Assembly: GCA_052426225.1 (NCBI GenBank)
Contig: JBNJNM010000023.1
Location: 186,001-250,000, forward strand
Origin: Zancudomyces culisetae HAW-14-8
Lineage: Eukaryota; Fungi; Kickxellomycota
Length of the DNA stretch: 64,000 nucleotides
Direction: 5' to 3'
The position numbers and the translations under genes were made by a program. The notes beneath the pieces are model-generated. The model was not told the DNA's origin and ran no database searches. It saw only the letters and a list, made by a program, of their open reading frames with translations. Shown piece by piece: positions 12,331-27,139 of the stretch (position 1 is its first letter; every line of letters starts with the position of its first letter).

Positions 12331-15300
12331 AATAATCATATAACAAGTAATGAACTACTTGAAGAAACCCAAAACCATCTGTTGGTTTAAAATTTCTGTT
12401 GTGGTATTGCATAGACTACAGGATATATGATTACTGTTTATGTTTTTGCACAACATATTTTTTTTCGCTTGACATGTAACCTTTGAAACCACACTCGAAT
12501 AAATGTTTTGTGAGTGTTAGAACAGCCATTGAAAATAAGAGCCGTGCTTTAAACTGGGGTCTAGTTTCATCAAAAATGGTATGGTTTATACATGCTGGTT
12601 CTTTAAGGAAAAGGTCATTTGACAGAATATTCATCCAAATTGTATAATAGTGTTCGTTAATACTGGGTAGTATTGGTACGAATTATTGTATGTTTATTTT
12701 TTTTACTTTTACAATATAACCATTTTAATAAAATATCTAAATATAGCGTTTTAATTAGATTTAATTGTGTTACTTTGTAATGGTATGTGAAAAATAAAGC
12801 AATAGTGCTTCATATACCAGCTAATTAAACGCAGTATGATGCAATACGTTACATAAATCACAACAGAGAGAGGGACTTCTAATGTAATTTCTAAACACTG
12901 GGGAATAATGGAAAAACGATGACTCGAAAAATGAAAGCATACTGATAGATGAGCGAGCCCAAGTGGAGCAACAGTTTTGTAAAGTGTTTTTTTGATGAAA
13001 TAATTTTTTTATCGCATTTTAGCAAATACGTCAATTAATTTTTTTTCTATTTTTAGATCATGCAAATGTTTTTTTCTGTCTTTCCGTAAATGATTTCTGG
13101 GAAAATGTTTTAACATCAAAACATAATAGAACAAACAAGAGAGTTTATGGAGAAAAGAACAGATATGAAGTTACTCAAAGTAACCCACTTTGGTAGCATC
13201 TCATTTTAACCAAAAGAAAAAAACGAATATAACACCAAGCACATATATTCTCCAACAAAAATTCCCAAAAATTTTCGGAACTTTAATATAGCTGAGCTGC
13301 GCTCAACTTTCTAGAGGCTCTTTATCCACCCTCATGCATATCTGAGCTATTTCTTTCGCTTGTTTGTTGACAACATATGTTGTAAAAATTACAAACCATG
13401 AGTATTGTGTCTGCTGTGCTACGTGAATAAACATAACCAACGGACTTAACTTGTAATTTTGTAAAATCAATCGTCCAAAAGAAAGGTTTGGGTACACCTT
13501 CAACTCACTAAAAATTTGGATGTAAACTCGATTGCTATATTATTCACTTATGAATCACGAATAAGGAATGGGTTAATATACGCAAAACAAATCATTTCAT
13601 TAAAACACATTGACCCATATTGTATTGTAGTATGTTATAGGTTTCAACTTGAGGTACAATGTTCTTACGTATTCTTTTTTTAGATTTGAGCATATACAAT
13701 CAACATTCTGGCGTTCAAAGCATTCTCGTATGAAAAACAAATTCTAATTCCTTTATGTATTGTGGCTTTATACGCACCAGATGACCAGATAATGCTCAAA
13801 ATGTATCTTTAAACTCTCATTTGGTTTGGTTTGATTTGGTTTGGTTGATAGTAAAAGACTTAAAAAAGCGTATTAGGTGCTAACTAGCTTGGTATCTCGT
13901 AGTTAGTACTAAGAATGATAGCAATAAAATCTCGTAAATATCGCTAGTTTGCTCAATTTTTTTTAAGGCTAATCAATTATATAATGATACTTTGAATTGG
14001 ATAATGTTACACCTCTGCTATCTGTTAAAACTTTGTGATTAATAACGTTATAAATTTAAATACACGCTTTTATTTTTAGTAAATCTTTTGCACTAAAGTA
14101 ACCCGCTGTTTATTGGTGACTTGCTAAATAGTGGATTTTCATAAAATCTATTCCTGTACTTGGAGCTTGCGATTCATGCTAAATTGGGATATCGATTCAA
14201 CACAAGCATACTAAAAGTTTTTTCTTTTTTTTTTTGCAGAACCATTTTGAAATTTGGAAAAAAACACGCTTTATTGATATCATTAGGCACATTGCAAATT
14301 TCAGATCAATTTTAAAACACAAATTTGAAGTTTTAGGCTTTCTACAATAGTGACTGCATTTCTTGAAAGTTTATTAAGTATAATTATCAGTTTCTTTGTT
14401 TTATTTTAGGAAGATAAAACGTATTTAAAGGTACCTTTGAAAACTCAAAGTTCCGAAAGAATAAAAAGTTGGTTCTGTAATCTGGATATAGTAGTTAATA
14501 TTAAACTATATGCAAACATTTATACAATTCGCGATTACTACTACAAACTTCTGGACGTGCCTATAAGCTAAAGATATCAATTTTCAGAGGGGAATAAAGG
14601 ACATAAAAAAACAGGTCACCGAATAAAAGCGACTAGATAGTACTCATTTGAACTTTGGAAAAGATTGCAAAGATATTGTTTTTTGCGTAGTTTTCGTCAA
14701 CTGGACAAACAATGCTTACAAGTAAGGCTAGGACAGTGTCGAAAGTGCAGTCACACCCTGTCAGAATATTTAGAGATTACCCATATGATGTGATAGATGA
14801 CGAAGACGAGTAATTCAGTGTTATAGCGTGCAGATATTCATACTTTGACAAAATGCTCTTTGAGTAACCTTGCTTCTACAATTGATAGATTACCTCATTA
14901 ATCATAGTGACTATTTTATATGTTTGTATGTTTGCAAAAATGCTTGCAGTGTATTCCTAATTCGTTTTATTTTCTAAACTTTTGAATGTTATTAACATCA
15001 CACTTTCAATATAAATTATTCATGCATTGTATTAACCTGTTTGTGTTATTCTTAGTTGCACTACACCAAAAGCTCATTTACTTGTCAAGTACCACGATTA
15101 AACGCACGACTCAACTCCACTCAACTCCACTCAAACCAACTTAAGTTCTCTTGTTCATTGATTGATTGAACTTGGGTGATAAACCTCTGACGCATCTTCT
15201 TCTTACGATCGTTGTGTTGTTTTTTCAACGATTAGTCTACCCGTATATTATAGTTGACTACATGGAGAAATAAAATCATACAAATGAGGTTAAATATTAT

Positions 15301-15922
15301 AGATTACATACTATTGGCTTAATGATGAGTTTTTGTTTCTACTGATGGAAATGTTGTTCACTAGTTATGTAACTGTTAATTGTATAGAATCTTGGTAGAT
15401 AAAAAGACCTTGGTGAAAAAGAGGGGAGGAAGGGTATATCTTGTCTTGTTTTTATAAGGATGTGTAACATTATATGTCACTACCACATTTTACCAAGGTA
15501 TTATGCGGCATTTATGGTTGAGAGCATATCTTGGTGATGATTAATAAGAGTAGCAGTAAATAGTAAACTGTGACAGTGATGTCGAGAGGATTTTGGTTGT
15601 GTAATTCCACCAGCCTTTGAAGAAGTGCGTGTTTGTGTGTAAGCTTATTAGTAGTTCAAAATTGCAATGAAGTGTAGTTAAGTGTAGTATAACATATTTT
15701 GAACGCAGCTTGTACCAATTCATCATATAACCGAACGAAACAAATATCCTATTACTTTATGAATTAATTTAGATGATACTTTTTAAAAAAAAACCCCCCA
15801 GAATAGCCCTATGAGAAACTGTTCAAACCAGACAAAATAGCAATAATGATAAAGATGTAATACTGAAAAAATATCATAAACACTTCAAAGGTCATGAAAA
15901 CGTTGGTTGGTAAAGAACTTTC

Positions 15923-16295
15923 CTAGTCTGTATGCTCCTTGGCAATTTCCAAATATTTTTCCTTGCGTTGGAATCCAACGATTTTACAAACATCTACTCC
16001 GTCCTTAAAAAGTATTACTGTAGGAAGCGCGGCAACCTATTTTTATGACAGTGTGTTATAGAAAAATAGTACAGCGAGAATAGCAAGGATAACATTAATA
16101 CGAAAAATCAGTTTTTTTTTATTACTACATACCTCGTATTTTTGAGCTAGTTCCCCCTCTTCATCTGTATTTATTTTAGCTAGGTTAACTTTTCCATTCG
16201 TTTTGACAACATCTTGGATAACTGGTGACAATAATCGACAAGGACCACACCAACTTTGAAGATAAATTAAAATTGCAAGATTTTAGTTCAATCAT

Positions 16296-16330
<35 letters not shown>

Positions 16331-16571
16331 CATATCAACGAGGCTCTTACTCTGCGTAAAAATCAACAAATACAGGAACTTTGCTTTTTAAAACATCGGT
16401 TTCAAAGTTTTTCATTGTCACCTCTATTACATTTCCACCTTTTGCGTTTGAGTTGGTGGTCGAAGTTCCAAAGTAGGCTCTATCTCTCATTAAACCCCGT
16501 TGCTCGAAAAGACTTTTGTTCATAGCCCTTTGTAGTGTTTTTATAGCCGTGTACCTTCTTATGCCAATCAT
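15923..16571 (-). CDS. Mitochondrial thioredoxin; exons 16571-16351, 16253-16133, 16036-15923
   Basis: Arg-rich presequence. The spliced product reads VDFYAD-WCGPC...LAKINTDE...KYE-VAALPTVILFKDG...KIVG. Two canonical introns (GTAAGA..AAG, GTATGT..TAG). Confidence 0.9.
16300..16328. repeat. (TA)n microsatellite in thioredoxin intron 1
   Basis: Direct reading. Confidence 0.95.
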
Positions 16572-19500
16572 TGTATATCTGTTGTTTATTCCTTTTTAGA
16601 TTGTATTTTTCTATACTAACAGTATTTTAGCTTGAAATATATTTTTGCTATCCCAATTGTATTTTTTTAGATTATAAAAAGTATAGCAGTATAAAATCTG
16701 TGGAGATTGGATTAATCAGAATTTCTATTCGTAGCTGAATATCAAAAAAATAAAACACTTGATTGTCTTGAATCAATTGGAATTTACGCAAAGGCATTCA
16801 CAAACTTTATTCCTCATTTTTATTTTTTCGTTTAAAGTTAGCAAAACTATACTTAAATAGAGGTACCCTAAAAAAAAAGAGTTGGTAAGGCCTTTGCGAT
16901 TTATGCAAAAACTCACATTTTTAAAGACGTGTAATATAGATCTATGTGTTCATTTACATTTGGGGTACGTAGATGAAAGTGATGGTACACAACAACTAAA
17001 CTCGGTTTTTTGTTTTCAAAATCCCTTGTTCGATGCTTTTATCTTGTGCTCTGAATAGCTTGATCTTGGTTTTTGTGTGAGGTTTATTTTTTTCTTTATA
17101 GACGTGTAGCTCTGTAAATAATTTTATAACCATGTTAATAACGGTGTTTATATTAGATCGATGTGTAGTGGCTGTATGATTTACCAAAAATGTTTTTATG
17201 AATTGTCAATTTTCAGCAAGTATGTGATTCAAATTATAAGTTGTAATACAACATGTGCTACAAGTTTATTCTAGTAGTAGTTACTCAAATACAGCCGAGT
17301 TCTTGGTATATGCATGCATTTGAATGTTTCTCTGTTTGTGCCGTATATGTGCACGGGATTTGTTTTGGTGTACAGACCTCATCCAGAATGTTGGTTCACA
17401 CCCTCAATAATGTATATGCTGAATCAATCATAGACATTGCAAACAAATGGAAGATTTGACCGGATTTTATTTTATAAACGAGATCCATGTGAGCAATATA
17501 TGGAATTTTACCACTTTCTAATACAAGCAAGTTTTTATTATTTCCCATTAGTAGTATGGGAAACTCGTCTGTGGCTCAATCATGTAGGGTATTATTATTT
17601 ATCCGCTTTCCCACTAAATGAGGGGGGTTTTTTTTAATACTTGTTGAGGGTGATTGGGCGGGAATGAGTGAGGGGTCGGAGTCGGCAGAGAGAAAGGAAA
17701 GGTAGGTGGGAGAATCGAGTGAATCCTTTTGTTTTCGTTCTTTGATCATTTCCTAAAATAAATAAATAAATACTGCAGGAATTTGGAGAAAAAACTAAAA
17801 AAAATAATAATTTAGCTGATTATGGCATTAATCAAAGACTAGTATGAACTTGTATTGCCTATTTTAGTAATTGAATATTTCTAAAGTCCAGTAAGCAGGT
17901 AAACAGGAACAAACGGGGATAAGGAAATCTAATATATCACTATAAAGGGAAGACTTCATCCCATAATAGTAAAAATATAAAAATATAGATAAAGCGGATA
18001 TTGGTACAAACTAAAAAGTGTAAAAAATATATATAAAAACAACGTTGGCTTAAATGATAAAGAGAAATATTTGATTTTAATATTAAAACTACAAAAAATG
18101 GAATAAATTCAATACGAGTTGTCATTATTTTTTTTGACCTACAGGTTGTTTGTATAGAAAGGAGCAATTATTATGTGTCTTGGAAAAGAGTAAAAAAAAA
18201 AGGGTAAGAGGTTAAAAGGATGGGATATTGAGTATTATTTTTTGATTGAATTTCTATTGACTGAGGAAAAGTGATTAAAATACGAGGGCGATCCCTTTTC
18301 CCGAAATATCGGAGGAGCTGATGTGTTATCCTACGCTTACTGTTTTACTAGTAAATGGGGTTGGCATTTTGAGAAAAATAGCTAGAAAGAAAAAAGGAGA
18401 TGTAATATGACGTAATAACCTTGAAATATTTTAAACTAGATTTAGATATTTACTAAATATTACTATTTTTTTAAATAGTAGAATTGGTGGTGAATGAGCA
18501 AAGAAAAAGTTGACCTTTAAAATTTACGAACAATGTGTTTTTTGTTTTTTTAATTAAAAAGCAAATATTGCTATTATAGCTTTTCTTATCAAAAAGCCGG
18601 CAATATTTACAAGTATTAATGAATAATGTTGATAAAGCAAATATGGACGAATGGACAATAAGAAGAAACATCAAACAAAAAAAAAATCAGATGCAGTTAA
18701 TTTTTGATTCGATTTGGTTTGTTTAATAAAGGTTGAAGTATTGTTATTAAATAACATGATTTTGAATTGAATGGTGGAAACAAAGTAAAGTAAAACAAAA
18801 GGAGTGGAAAAATTAATTGGTAAGGGGAATAAGGGTAGGGAGCATGAATGAAAAAGGGAGGCAGGGAGGGAACAAAAGAGGTAAATTGATAAATAGAGTG
18901 ATAGAGTAATAAAAAGGTACAACGTTATACCAGCCCCAACATATGTTTTGATGTTATTCTAGGTACCACAAATGGTATAATAGACTATACCAATACCACC
19001 TGATTACAAACAAAAAAAATAAAAGATAGGACCAAGTAGGCACTATCATCATTGTATGATTTTAAAAAATTACCATCAGATCGAAAAAAAAAATAAAGCT
19101 AAAAAGAGACGAGTGGTGAGGATGTGAGGAGAAGGTTGCTTACAAAATTCATCGAGATATTTTTCAGATGTTATTATGTTTTGTTTAGTTTTGTTCATTG
19201 TTTTTTTTTTTTTTTCAACGAAAAATTGATTTGAATAAGCAAATCAAAACCAAAGTCAATAACGGGATAACGGAAAATTAGAAAAGTGGACATGAGGATG
19301 TGCAAAAAACAATAAAGTGCTGATAATATAATAATGTATGAATGAATTGTATGAGTGAAGAAAAAGAGAGAGAGAAAGACAGACAAAGATAGTGAAAGGT
19401 ATTGAGGGATATTGAGAGAGTGAGAGAGAGAAAAGGAAGAAATGTTGATTTTTTTTTTTTGCATGCTATAAGAGTCTGTTACTCAATCGAGACATTGAAC

Positions 19501-22500
19501 CAGTGTATGTACAAAGTTTCAAATTTGTAGTACATTGCAAATTAACATTACAAGCTAGAGTTTAACAAGAAAAATGTTTTGTGTATGTAATTTGCGATGA
19601 TTTTTAAAACAAGTTCAGTAAAAAAGAAAAAAAAGTGAAAACTCTAAATACCAGCATATCAAAATGGCTGGAGAAATGGCAAGTTAAAAATAAAAGATAA
19701 AGGAAAAAGGCAATTAAATTTTCAATGTAGTTTGTTTCCTCCTCTCACTAATTTATCATTGCTCTAGTTTTCTTTGTTTTGGTTGTAACAATAATAGTAG
19801 CAATAGAAGAAAAAAGGGCTGTGATTTAAAATTTGAAGCGTTTTCAATGTAACCAGATGGATTAAAAATAAAAGGGATTTGATATATCTAGTAATAATGC
19901 TATTTTTCGTTGTTATTGATAATGCCGACAAAATCAAATTTATTTAGCGAAATTAAACACCGTATATTTTTGTTTCCATCTAATTCCTATTATATCCTTG
20001 TATGGTGTAATTTCAAAATAAATCACTTATTGTCTTGCAATCTATTTATTTTTATATATTTATTTTTACAAATACAGCGCCTATTGTAAACAAAGTAAAT
20101 AAAACTCGAGACATGTGTGAAGGCAAAAGGGTAAAATTGGGGAGAGAGAGAGGGGGGTGGGATGGAGTAGAATTCATAAATATCATTATATGCTAGTGCA
20201 ATGAAATGAAAAATAAAGTAGTTTGGTTGGGGGAGGAGATTGTGAGAGCGAGTAAAGAAAGAAGGAAGTGGCCAAGAATGATGTGATTTGTTAATTGTGC
20301 TTGTAAAATAACATTGCGATCGCAAGTAACACGATTAATAGTAAACACAACGCGGGATATTTTTTTCAATCCCCAATATAATTGCAAGTCAGGTTTTTAA
20401 TTTTTTTTTGTGATTATAGGGTTTATGAAATAGAGGGGAAGAGAGAGGAGAGAGGAGAGAGGAGAGAGTGGGTGGGTTAAGGTTGAGTTGAGTTGAGTTG
20501 GGTTGAGTTGGGTTGGAGGGGGGGGGGAGAGAATAGTCAAAGGAAAACAAAATATGTTGGAATCACTGACAAGAATATAAAAAAAAATTTTTTTTTTGAT
20601 GAAACATTCAATAATACCACACACACATACAAGTTTTAAAAAATAAAAATAAAATTTTTTTTTACTAGTACGAGAGGGAAAAAAAAAAGTACAAGAGAAT
20701 GGAATACTTTCTACTAGTACAAAAGACTAATTTTATATTTCAAGTAACAGTAATTTGTAATTAGAAATAACAGAGTCGAAAACAACATGAAAAAAATAGA
20801 AGAATCAAAACAGAAAAATAAAAGTAAAAGCAAAATAATTTGAGCAAATAACCGAACAATTGCTGATTTGATTTCACAAGTAATCAAGAAAAAACGAAAA
20901 AGAAAGAAAAAAGAAAAAACCTACACCCTCCCCACCACCACCACCATCATCTAAAAATACAAAAAAATATTACATCGATGATTATATATTTATAAATTCA
21001 AAAAAAATAGAGTGAGTGAGTAAAGAGAGAGTAGATGTGAAAATTAAAAATGTGATTAAAGCGTATGCATGTGTGTGTGTGTGTGGGGAGGGAAAGAGAG
21101 GGAGGAAAAGGCAAGGCAAGAAACGTGTTATTTTTATTTTTTTTACTCGCAAAAAAAATAATAGGATGCAGAAAAAGGCAAGTGATTTTTAGATATAATG
21201 TGGGTTGGTTATTTTATAAAGAAATATATAATGTATTTATGAAAATAGTTTTTATAAAATTATATAGATGAAAACGTAAAACACGGGGGAATTTAGAAAA
21301 TAAAAAGACTAATATTTTGTAAAAGACAAGGATTTCTAAAAGGAAAAAATTAGATGGAAGGAAAAAAAAGGTCGAGCTTTTTGTTTGAAAATTCAAAAAA
21401 TAAAAAAAAATTGTTGGAAAAAGTTATATACAAAAGAGCAAATTTACTAAAAACTAGAGGATTAAAAAAAATTCAATAATCATAAATCATGAATCAAAAG
21501 TCAAATAATAAATCAAATAATAAAAAAAAATTTTTTTTTTTTTGGCGTTAGTAAGTATTCTATCTAATAGTCAAATAATAGATACCGAGTTTTTTTTATT
21601 TTGTATATTCTTTACACTATTTGTATTATACTAGCATTTTAAAATGTATTTTCAATTATATTTAAAATGAATTTATTACATATCGTAATGTATTGTATAA
21701 TCGTATATAGAAATAAAAATGTAAATTATATTAATATTACCGTAAAATGACTTGTTTTGGATTGAAAAAAAAATGAAATGTTCCATTAAAAGCAATGAAC
21801 ATCGGGATGTCAAATAAAAAAAATAATTTAGAAATATAGAAATATTAGAAAAGTAGAAAAATAGAAAAATAGAAAAATAGAAATCCATATGTAATCACAA
21901 TAGAATAAAGAAAAGAAAAAAAAGAGAAGAAAAAAAAAAACATTGAAATTCAAGGTTTTATTTTTAATTTTTAAAAGTTGGCATTTTTTTTTTATGTCGT
22001 TCGTCCTCGTAATAGTTTGTAGATGTAATAGTTGTTAATGTTGTTGTTGTAGTAGTTTAATATTAGCTGGATTGAAAAAAAAAGAGTATATATAAAAGAG
22101 CCAAGTATATAGCTTAAAAAAAAAGTTATAGAATAAAGCTAATATTTTGCTCTTTTTATTTTTATTTATTTATTTATTTAATTTAAAAAGAGAAAATATA
22201 TAGATTAATATAATAGACAAAAAGATAGATAGATAGATAGAGTATATAGTAGAAAAAGAAGGATACACGAATGTAAAAAAAAGAATAAAAAGTGGGGACT
22301 GAGTATACTTTTTATTTTCGACAAAGAGTTCTTCCTGAATATTAATGATCAAAGAGAAAATAAAAGAAGGAGAGAAAATACTACAACTTTTAGAATATTC
22401 TAGAGAAGAAGAAGAATAAGAAGAATAAAAAGGAAAAGAAAAAGAAGAGTGGAAAGAAAAAGACAGAGTATACTAGTTGATTTCCAACTCTCCTTTATTC

Positions 22501-22800
22501 CATTGTACTTTTTAAAATAAAGAGATATATACTATAGAATACGAATGATTGTTAAACTTGTAAGATATATTTAAATGTTATATATATATATGAATATGTG
22601 TGTAAAACTATGTTTGTAAAAAAGTGAGAGAAGGAAATAAAGAAAAAGATGGAGGGAGAGAGAGTGTGAGTGAGGGAGAGAGGGTTGGTTGATTATAATT
22701 AAATGTTAATACAACCTAATTCAATTAAAATATAAAATAAAATAAAATCTAAATAGGTAAAAAGATCAAGAAAAGAAATATCAAGTAGATAAAAGCGAGG

Positions 22801-22839
<39 letters not shown>
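22801..22839. repeat. (AGAT)n microsatellite upstream of the NDT80-family gene
   Basis: Direct reading. Shorter copies at ~22223-22240 and ~53131-53153. Confidence 0.95.
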
Positions 22840-22966
22840 CAATAGAACAAGGAGTAGAGAATATATAGAGATACTATTAGAGCAAACACAATAACATAGA
22901 CAATATAGAGAAAGAAAGAAAGATAGAAATAAAGAAGAAAGTGAGAAAGAAGAAAAAGAAAGAAAT

Positions 22967-24533
22967 ATGGAGGAAAGTGGGGAACAAGATGGAACAAAAT
23001 GGAACAAGAGATTTCAAGAGTTACCGACACCATTTATGGAAACGAATGCACAAAGTCGAAACGACTATATACAATACGAGTATAGAAGTGGAGAAGCACT
23101 GCAACAACAACAGCAACAACAACAACACCAATTGCAACAAGTACAGTTACAGCAACAACAACAGCAACAAGTACAAGTACAGCAGCAATTGCAACAGCAG
23201 CAGCAGCAGCAGCAGCGAAAGTATGCAAGTTATCAACAAGATATGGGAGAAATAGAGTATATAAATAGTAATCGAGCATTCTTGCAAGCACAACAACAAG
23301 CACAACAACAGGTACAACAACAACAACAACAAGTACAGCAGCAGCAGCAGCAGCAACAACAACAGCAACAACAGGGAGAGATACAAAGTGTTTATACAAG
23401 TATTCCATCAACACAAACACCAGTGATTCCCGGAACTTATGGATCACAAGGATATAGTAATAATAATAATAGTGGTAGTGGTAGTGGAGCAGGAGGAGGA
23501 GGAGGGAATGCAACATTAGGATATTCATTTTTTCATAAAGGAAATGAAAAAATGGAATATTATTATCATAATGCAGAATTAGGACAAAGAGGAGCAGGAG
23601 GCGGAGGAGGAGGAGGAATGATTAAACCACAAGTGATATCAACGTCTATATCAGCACCAAGACTTGGAGGAAGAATAGTAAATAGTTCAAGTAAAAGTTC
23701 GGCAACAGTGACAGAAAGATATGGAATACCAGGAGGAGGAGTAGGAGGGGTAGGAGTAGGAGGGACAGGAGTAGGAGTAGGGGGAGGGGGAGGAACAGGA
23801 GGAGGAATGAATATGGGGATGATGGGTCATTCGTATAGTTTTTCAGAAGGAGGTGGAGGTGGAGGTGGTGGTGCAGGATACCAAACATTATTACAGAGTC
23901 ATGAACAAGGATATGGAGGATACGGTTATGGGTATGGAGGATATGGTTATGGTTATGGAGGGTATGGTTATGGATATGGAAGTGGTGCTAGTACTGGTGC
24001 TGGTGCTGGTACTGGTACTGGAAATGCAAGTGGAAGTGGAAGTGGGAGCGGATATGGATATGGATATGGAAGTGCAAGTGGGTATGGAAGCGGATATGGA
24101 TATGGGTATGGATATGGCTATAATCAAAGGAGGAGAAAAGAAGAAGAGTTTGGAGTGGGAGGAGTTGGAATGGGAGGAGTGGGAGGATATTCAAACAAGC
24201 ATAGTGTTAGAGCAAGTCCTTTTTTTTCCGAAACAAAACAACATGCAACATTGTATAATTTGAATCAGAGCGAGAGGTATATGGCCAAGATAATTAGCAA
24301 AATCGACCGAGGATTTTTTATATCGGAGGGAGAATGGACGTGTTATCGAAGGAATTATTTCCAAATAAGTTGTACAATGTCATTGACGGATAGCAAGGGG
24401 CCAATAGGAACGGCTGAGTGTCCATCTTTGGTAGTAGTTGATAAAAAGGGTAATGAATCAAGAGTTTTAACGGTTGAAAGATTTATGATGGGAATTAGAG
24501 CACAAGTTTATGAAGAAGATGATGACGAAGAAG

Positions 24534-24568
<35 letters not shown>

Positions 24569-27139
24569 GAAATGGGAGAAGAAGAAGGAGAATGTGAAGG
24601 AGAAGGTGATCAAGAACATGAACATGAACATGGTGGAGTGGAGCATGATGGGGAGCAGGATATGCAAATGAGAGAGGGAGAAGAAGGGCAAAGACAAGGA
24701 CAGAGACAAGGAGATAAAGAACGAGGTGATAGACATGTGAATAGAAATATAAATAGAGAAAGAGAAAGAAAAGGAGATAATGATAATCGAATAATGGTAA
24801 AAAACGAACAAAGTGAAGGTGGAGGATTAGGATTAGGGTTGGGATTAGGAGGATTAGGGTTGGGTGTAGGTGTAGGTGTAGGTGTAGGAATAGGTGGAGT
24901 TGGAGGAGGAATAGGAATGAGTGGAATAGGTGTAGGTGCAGGAATAGGAGTAGGTGGAGTAGGTGGAGTAGGTGGAATGGGAGAGAGGAAAAAAACGAGT
25001 AAAACAGAAAATAAAAAAATTAAAAGAATAGAACTGATTCAACATACACCAAAACGAGACAAAAACATGCAAGCAATCCCCCGACTACAACAAATCCGGC
25101 CTGGAGGAAACCTCCAGATTTCATCGGTAGGAACAAATTCTTCAGTTGTAAGTTTTGAAAGAATCCAATTTAAAGCAGCAACTGCAAACAATGGAAAACG
25201 GCGAGCTGCTCAACAATATTATATGTTGGTATTGGAATTATTTGCTGAATGTTCAAACAAAGACAACAACAACAACAACAACAATACTAATATTAATACT
25301 AATACTAGAGTATTGGTGGCTTCTTTAAATACTGCTCCTTTGGTTGTAAGAGGTCGTAGTCCAAGTCATTATAATGATACTTCTTCTTCAACTACTAATA
25401 ATGTTTCGATTAAAAGTGGAATGTCTGCAATGTTAATTAATAAACATGATTCTTTAAAATATCCTAACCCTACAAACACCAACACTACTATCATTCCTAA
25501 TCCTAATCCTAACCTTAATCCTAACCTTAATCCTAACCTTAATCTTACTACTACTACTACTACTGGTTTAATTGCTAAAAGTAAATCTCTTTTATCTAAT
25601 GATTTTGATTCAAGATCTTCTCCTCACTCTCATACTCACTCTCTTACTCACTCTCACTCTCTTACTCATAATAATACTAATACTCACCCTGCTACTTATT
25701 ATTCGTATGCTACAACTGGTTTACATAATCAACCTTCTACTTCTACAACAGCAACAACGGCAACTACTGCTGCTATGAATTTGGTTGGTAGTAATTCTAG
25801 TTATTTTCCTCAAAACTCTTCCAACCCTAATCCCAACACTAACACTCAAGGATTATCTTGTAATACTGGTTTGAATTTAGGAATTTCTTCCTCTTCATCT
25901 TCTTCAAACCATTTAAATTATCATAACCAAAATCCTCAATCTCATTTAACTTCGACTTGTACTAATCTGGATTTTGATTTTGATAATCCTCAATCTTCTT
26001 CAATTTCTACCTCGAATCCAAATACAAACCCAAATCCAAATCCAAATCCAAATCCAAACCCAAACCCAAACCCAAACAATCCTTCATCTTCTACTTCTTA
26101 TTATTATTCTAATACTTTGGATCATATTCAATCTTCCTCTGATTATTATTCCTCTTTATCTCAAAGAAATCATAAATTTCCAAATAACCCTGATTCCTCT
26201 GCTTTTACAAACACAAACACAAACACAAACACTACTGATAAATCTGGTCATCCTTCAAATTTTTATTTCAATTTTAATCCCCAAATCTCTACTACTACTA
26301 CTACTACTACCAACACAAATACAAACAATAATACAAATACTGCCACTACTCCAACTCCTACTCCAACTCCTTCTTCATCTAATCCAACTCAAAATACTTT
26401 TAATTCCGTTCCAATTTCTACAAACCAAAGCCAAAGCCAAAACATTGATTCAATTAATAATCTCAATACTCCTCAACCTTCCTCTGATCCAAATGATAAA
26501 CGTCATCATCATCTTGTACTCAATACTCTAACTCTAAATACTCGTAATCTCAACCAACAACAACAACAACAACAACAATTCTATTATCCAAACTCTTCTA
26601 CTTCAACTAGATTTACTCCTTCTTCTTTTGATTATTATCAAAATAATCATTACAATAACAACAACACTAATACTAATACTAACACTCCTCAATCTTCTAC
26701 CAATCCAAATTCAAATCCAAATTCAAACCTGACTCCCTCTACTGATTTGGATCCTAAACTTGGTATTTATTATCATTTCCCCCCAAACACAAACACAAAC
26801 ACAAACCCTACCTCTTCTACTTCTGCTGTTCAAACTCCTCATCATCTTCATCCTCCCTCCTCATCCTCTTCTTCTCAAAAATACTTGTATCACTTTTCTA
26901 ATCATTCCTCTTTTAAACCCAACCCCCCTTCTCACCCCTCTCACCCCTCTCATCCCTCCCATCCTTCCCATCCTTCTCACCCTTCCCATCCTTCCCACTC
27001 TTCCTCAAATAATAATAATATTAATAGTAATACCAGTAACCCTGATTTAATCGACTCTTCTCACCCCTTTGATTCTACAAACCCTTCCTCAACCACCCAA
27101 AATCTAAATACAAACCCCAATCAATATTATAACTATTAG
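22967..27139 (+). CDS. NDT80: NDT80/PhoG-family transcription factor (Ndt80-like), 1390 aa, with long polyQ, GY, GV/GL, PN, TN and HPS tracts
   Basis: KIDRGFF..EGEWTCYRRNYFQ, ELIQHTPKRDK, FERIQFKAATANNGKRRAAQQYY and PLVVRGRSPSHY are hallmark Ndt80 DNA-binding-domain motifs. Confidence 0.9.

Noticed and set aside
24822-24864. TTAGGG-like and (at ~25496-25540) CCTAA-like repeats suggesting interstitial telomere sequence
   Set aside because: Imperfect, in frame inside NDT80 (GL and PN dipeptide repeats), and explained by the skew/microsatellite process.
23034-27050. Numerous alternative-frame and antisense ORFs over NDT80 (likewise over the ankyrin genes, MTHFR, GH17 and MFS)
   Set aside because: Shadow ORFs of low-complexity or real coding sequence, with no independent motifs.
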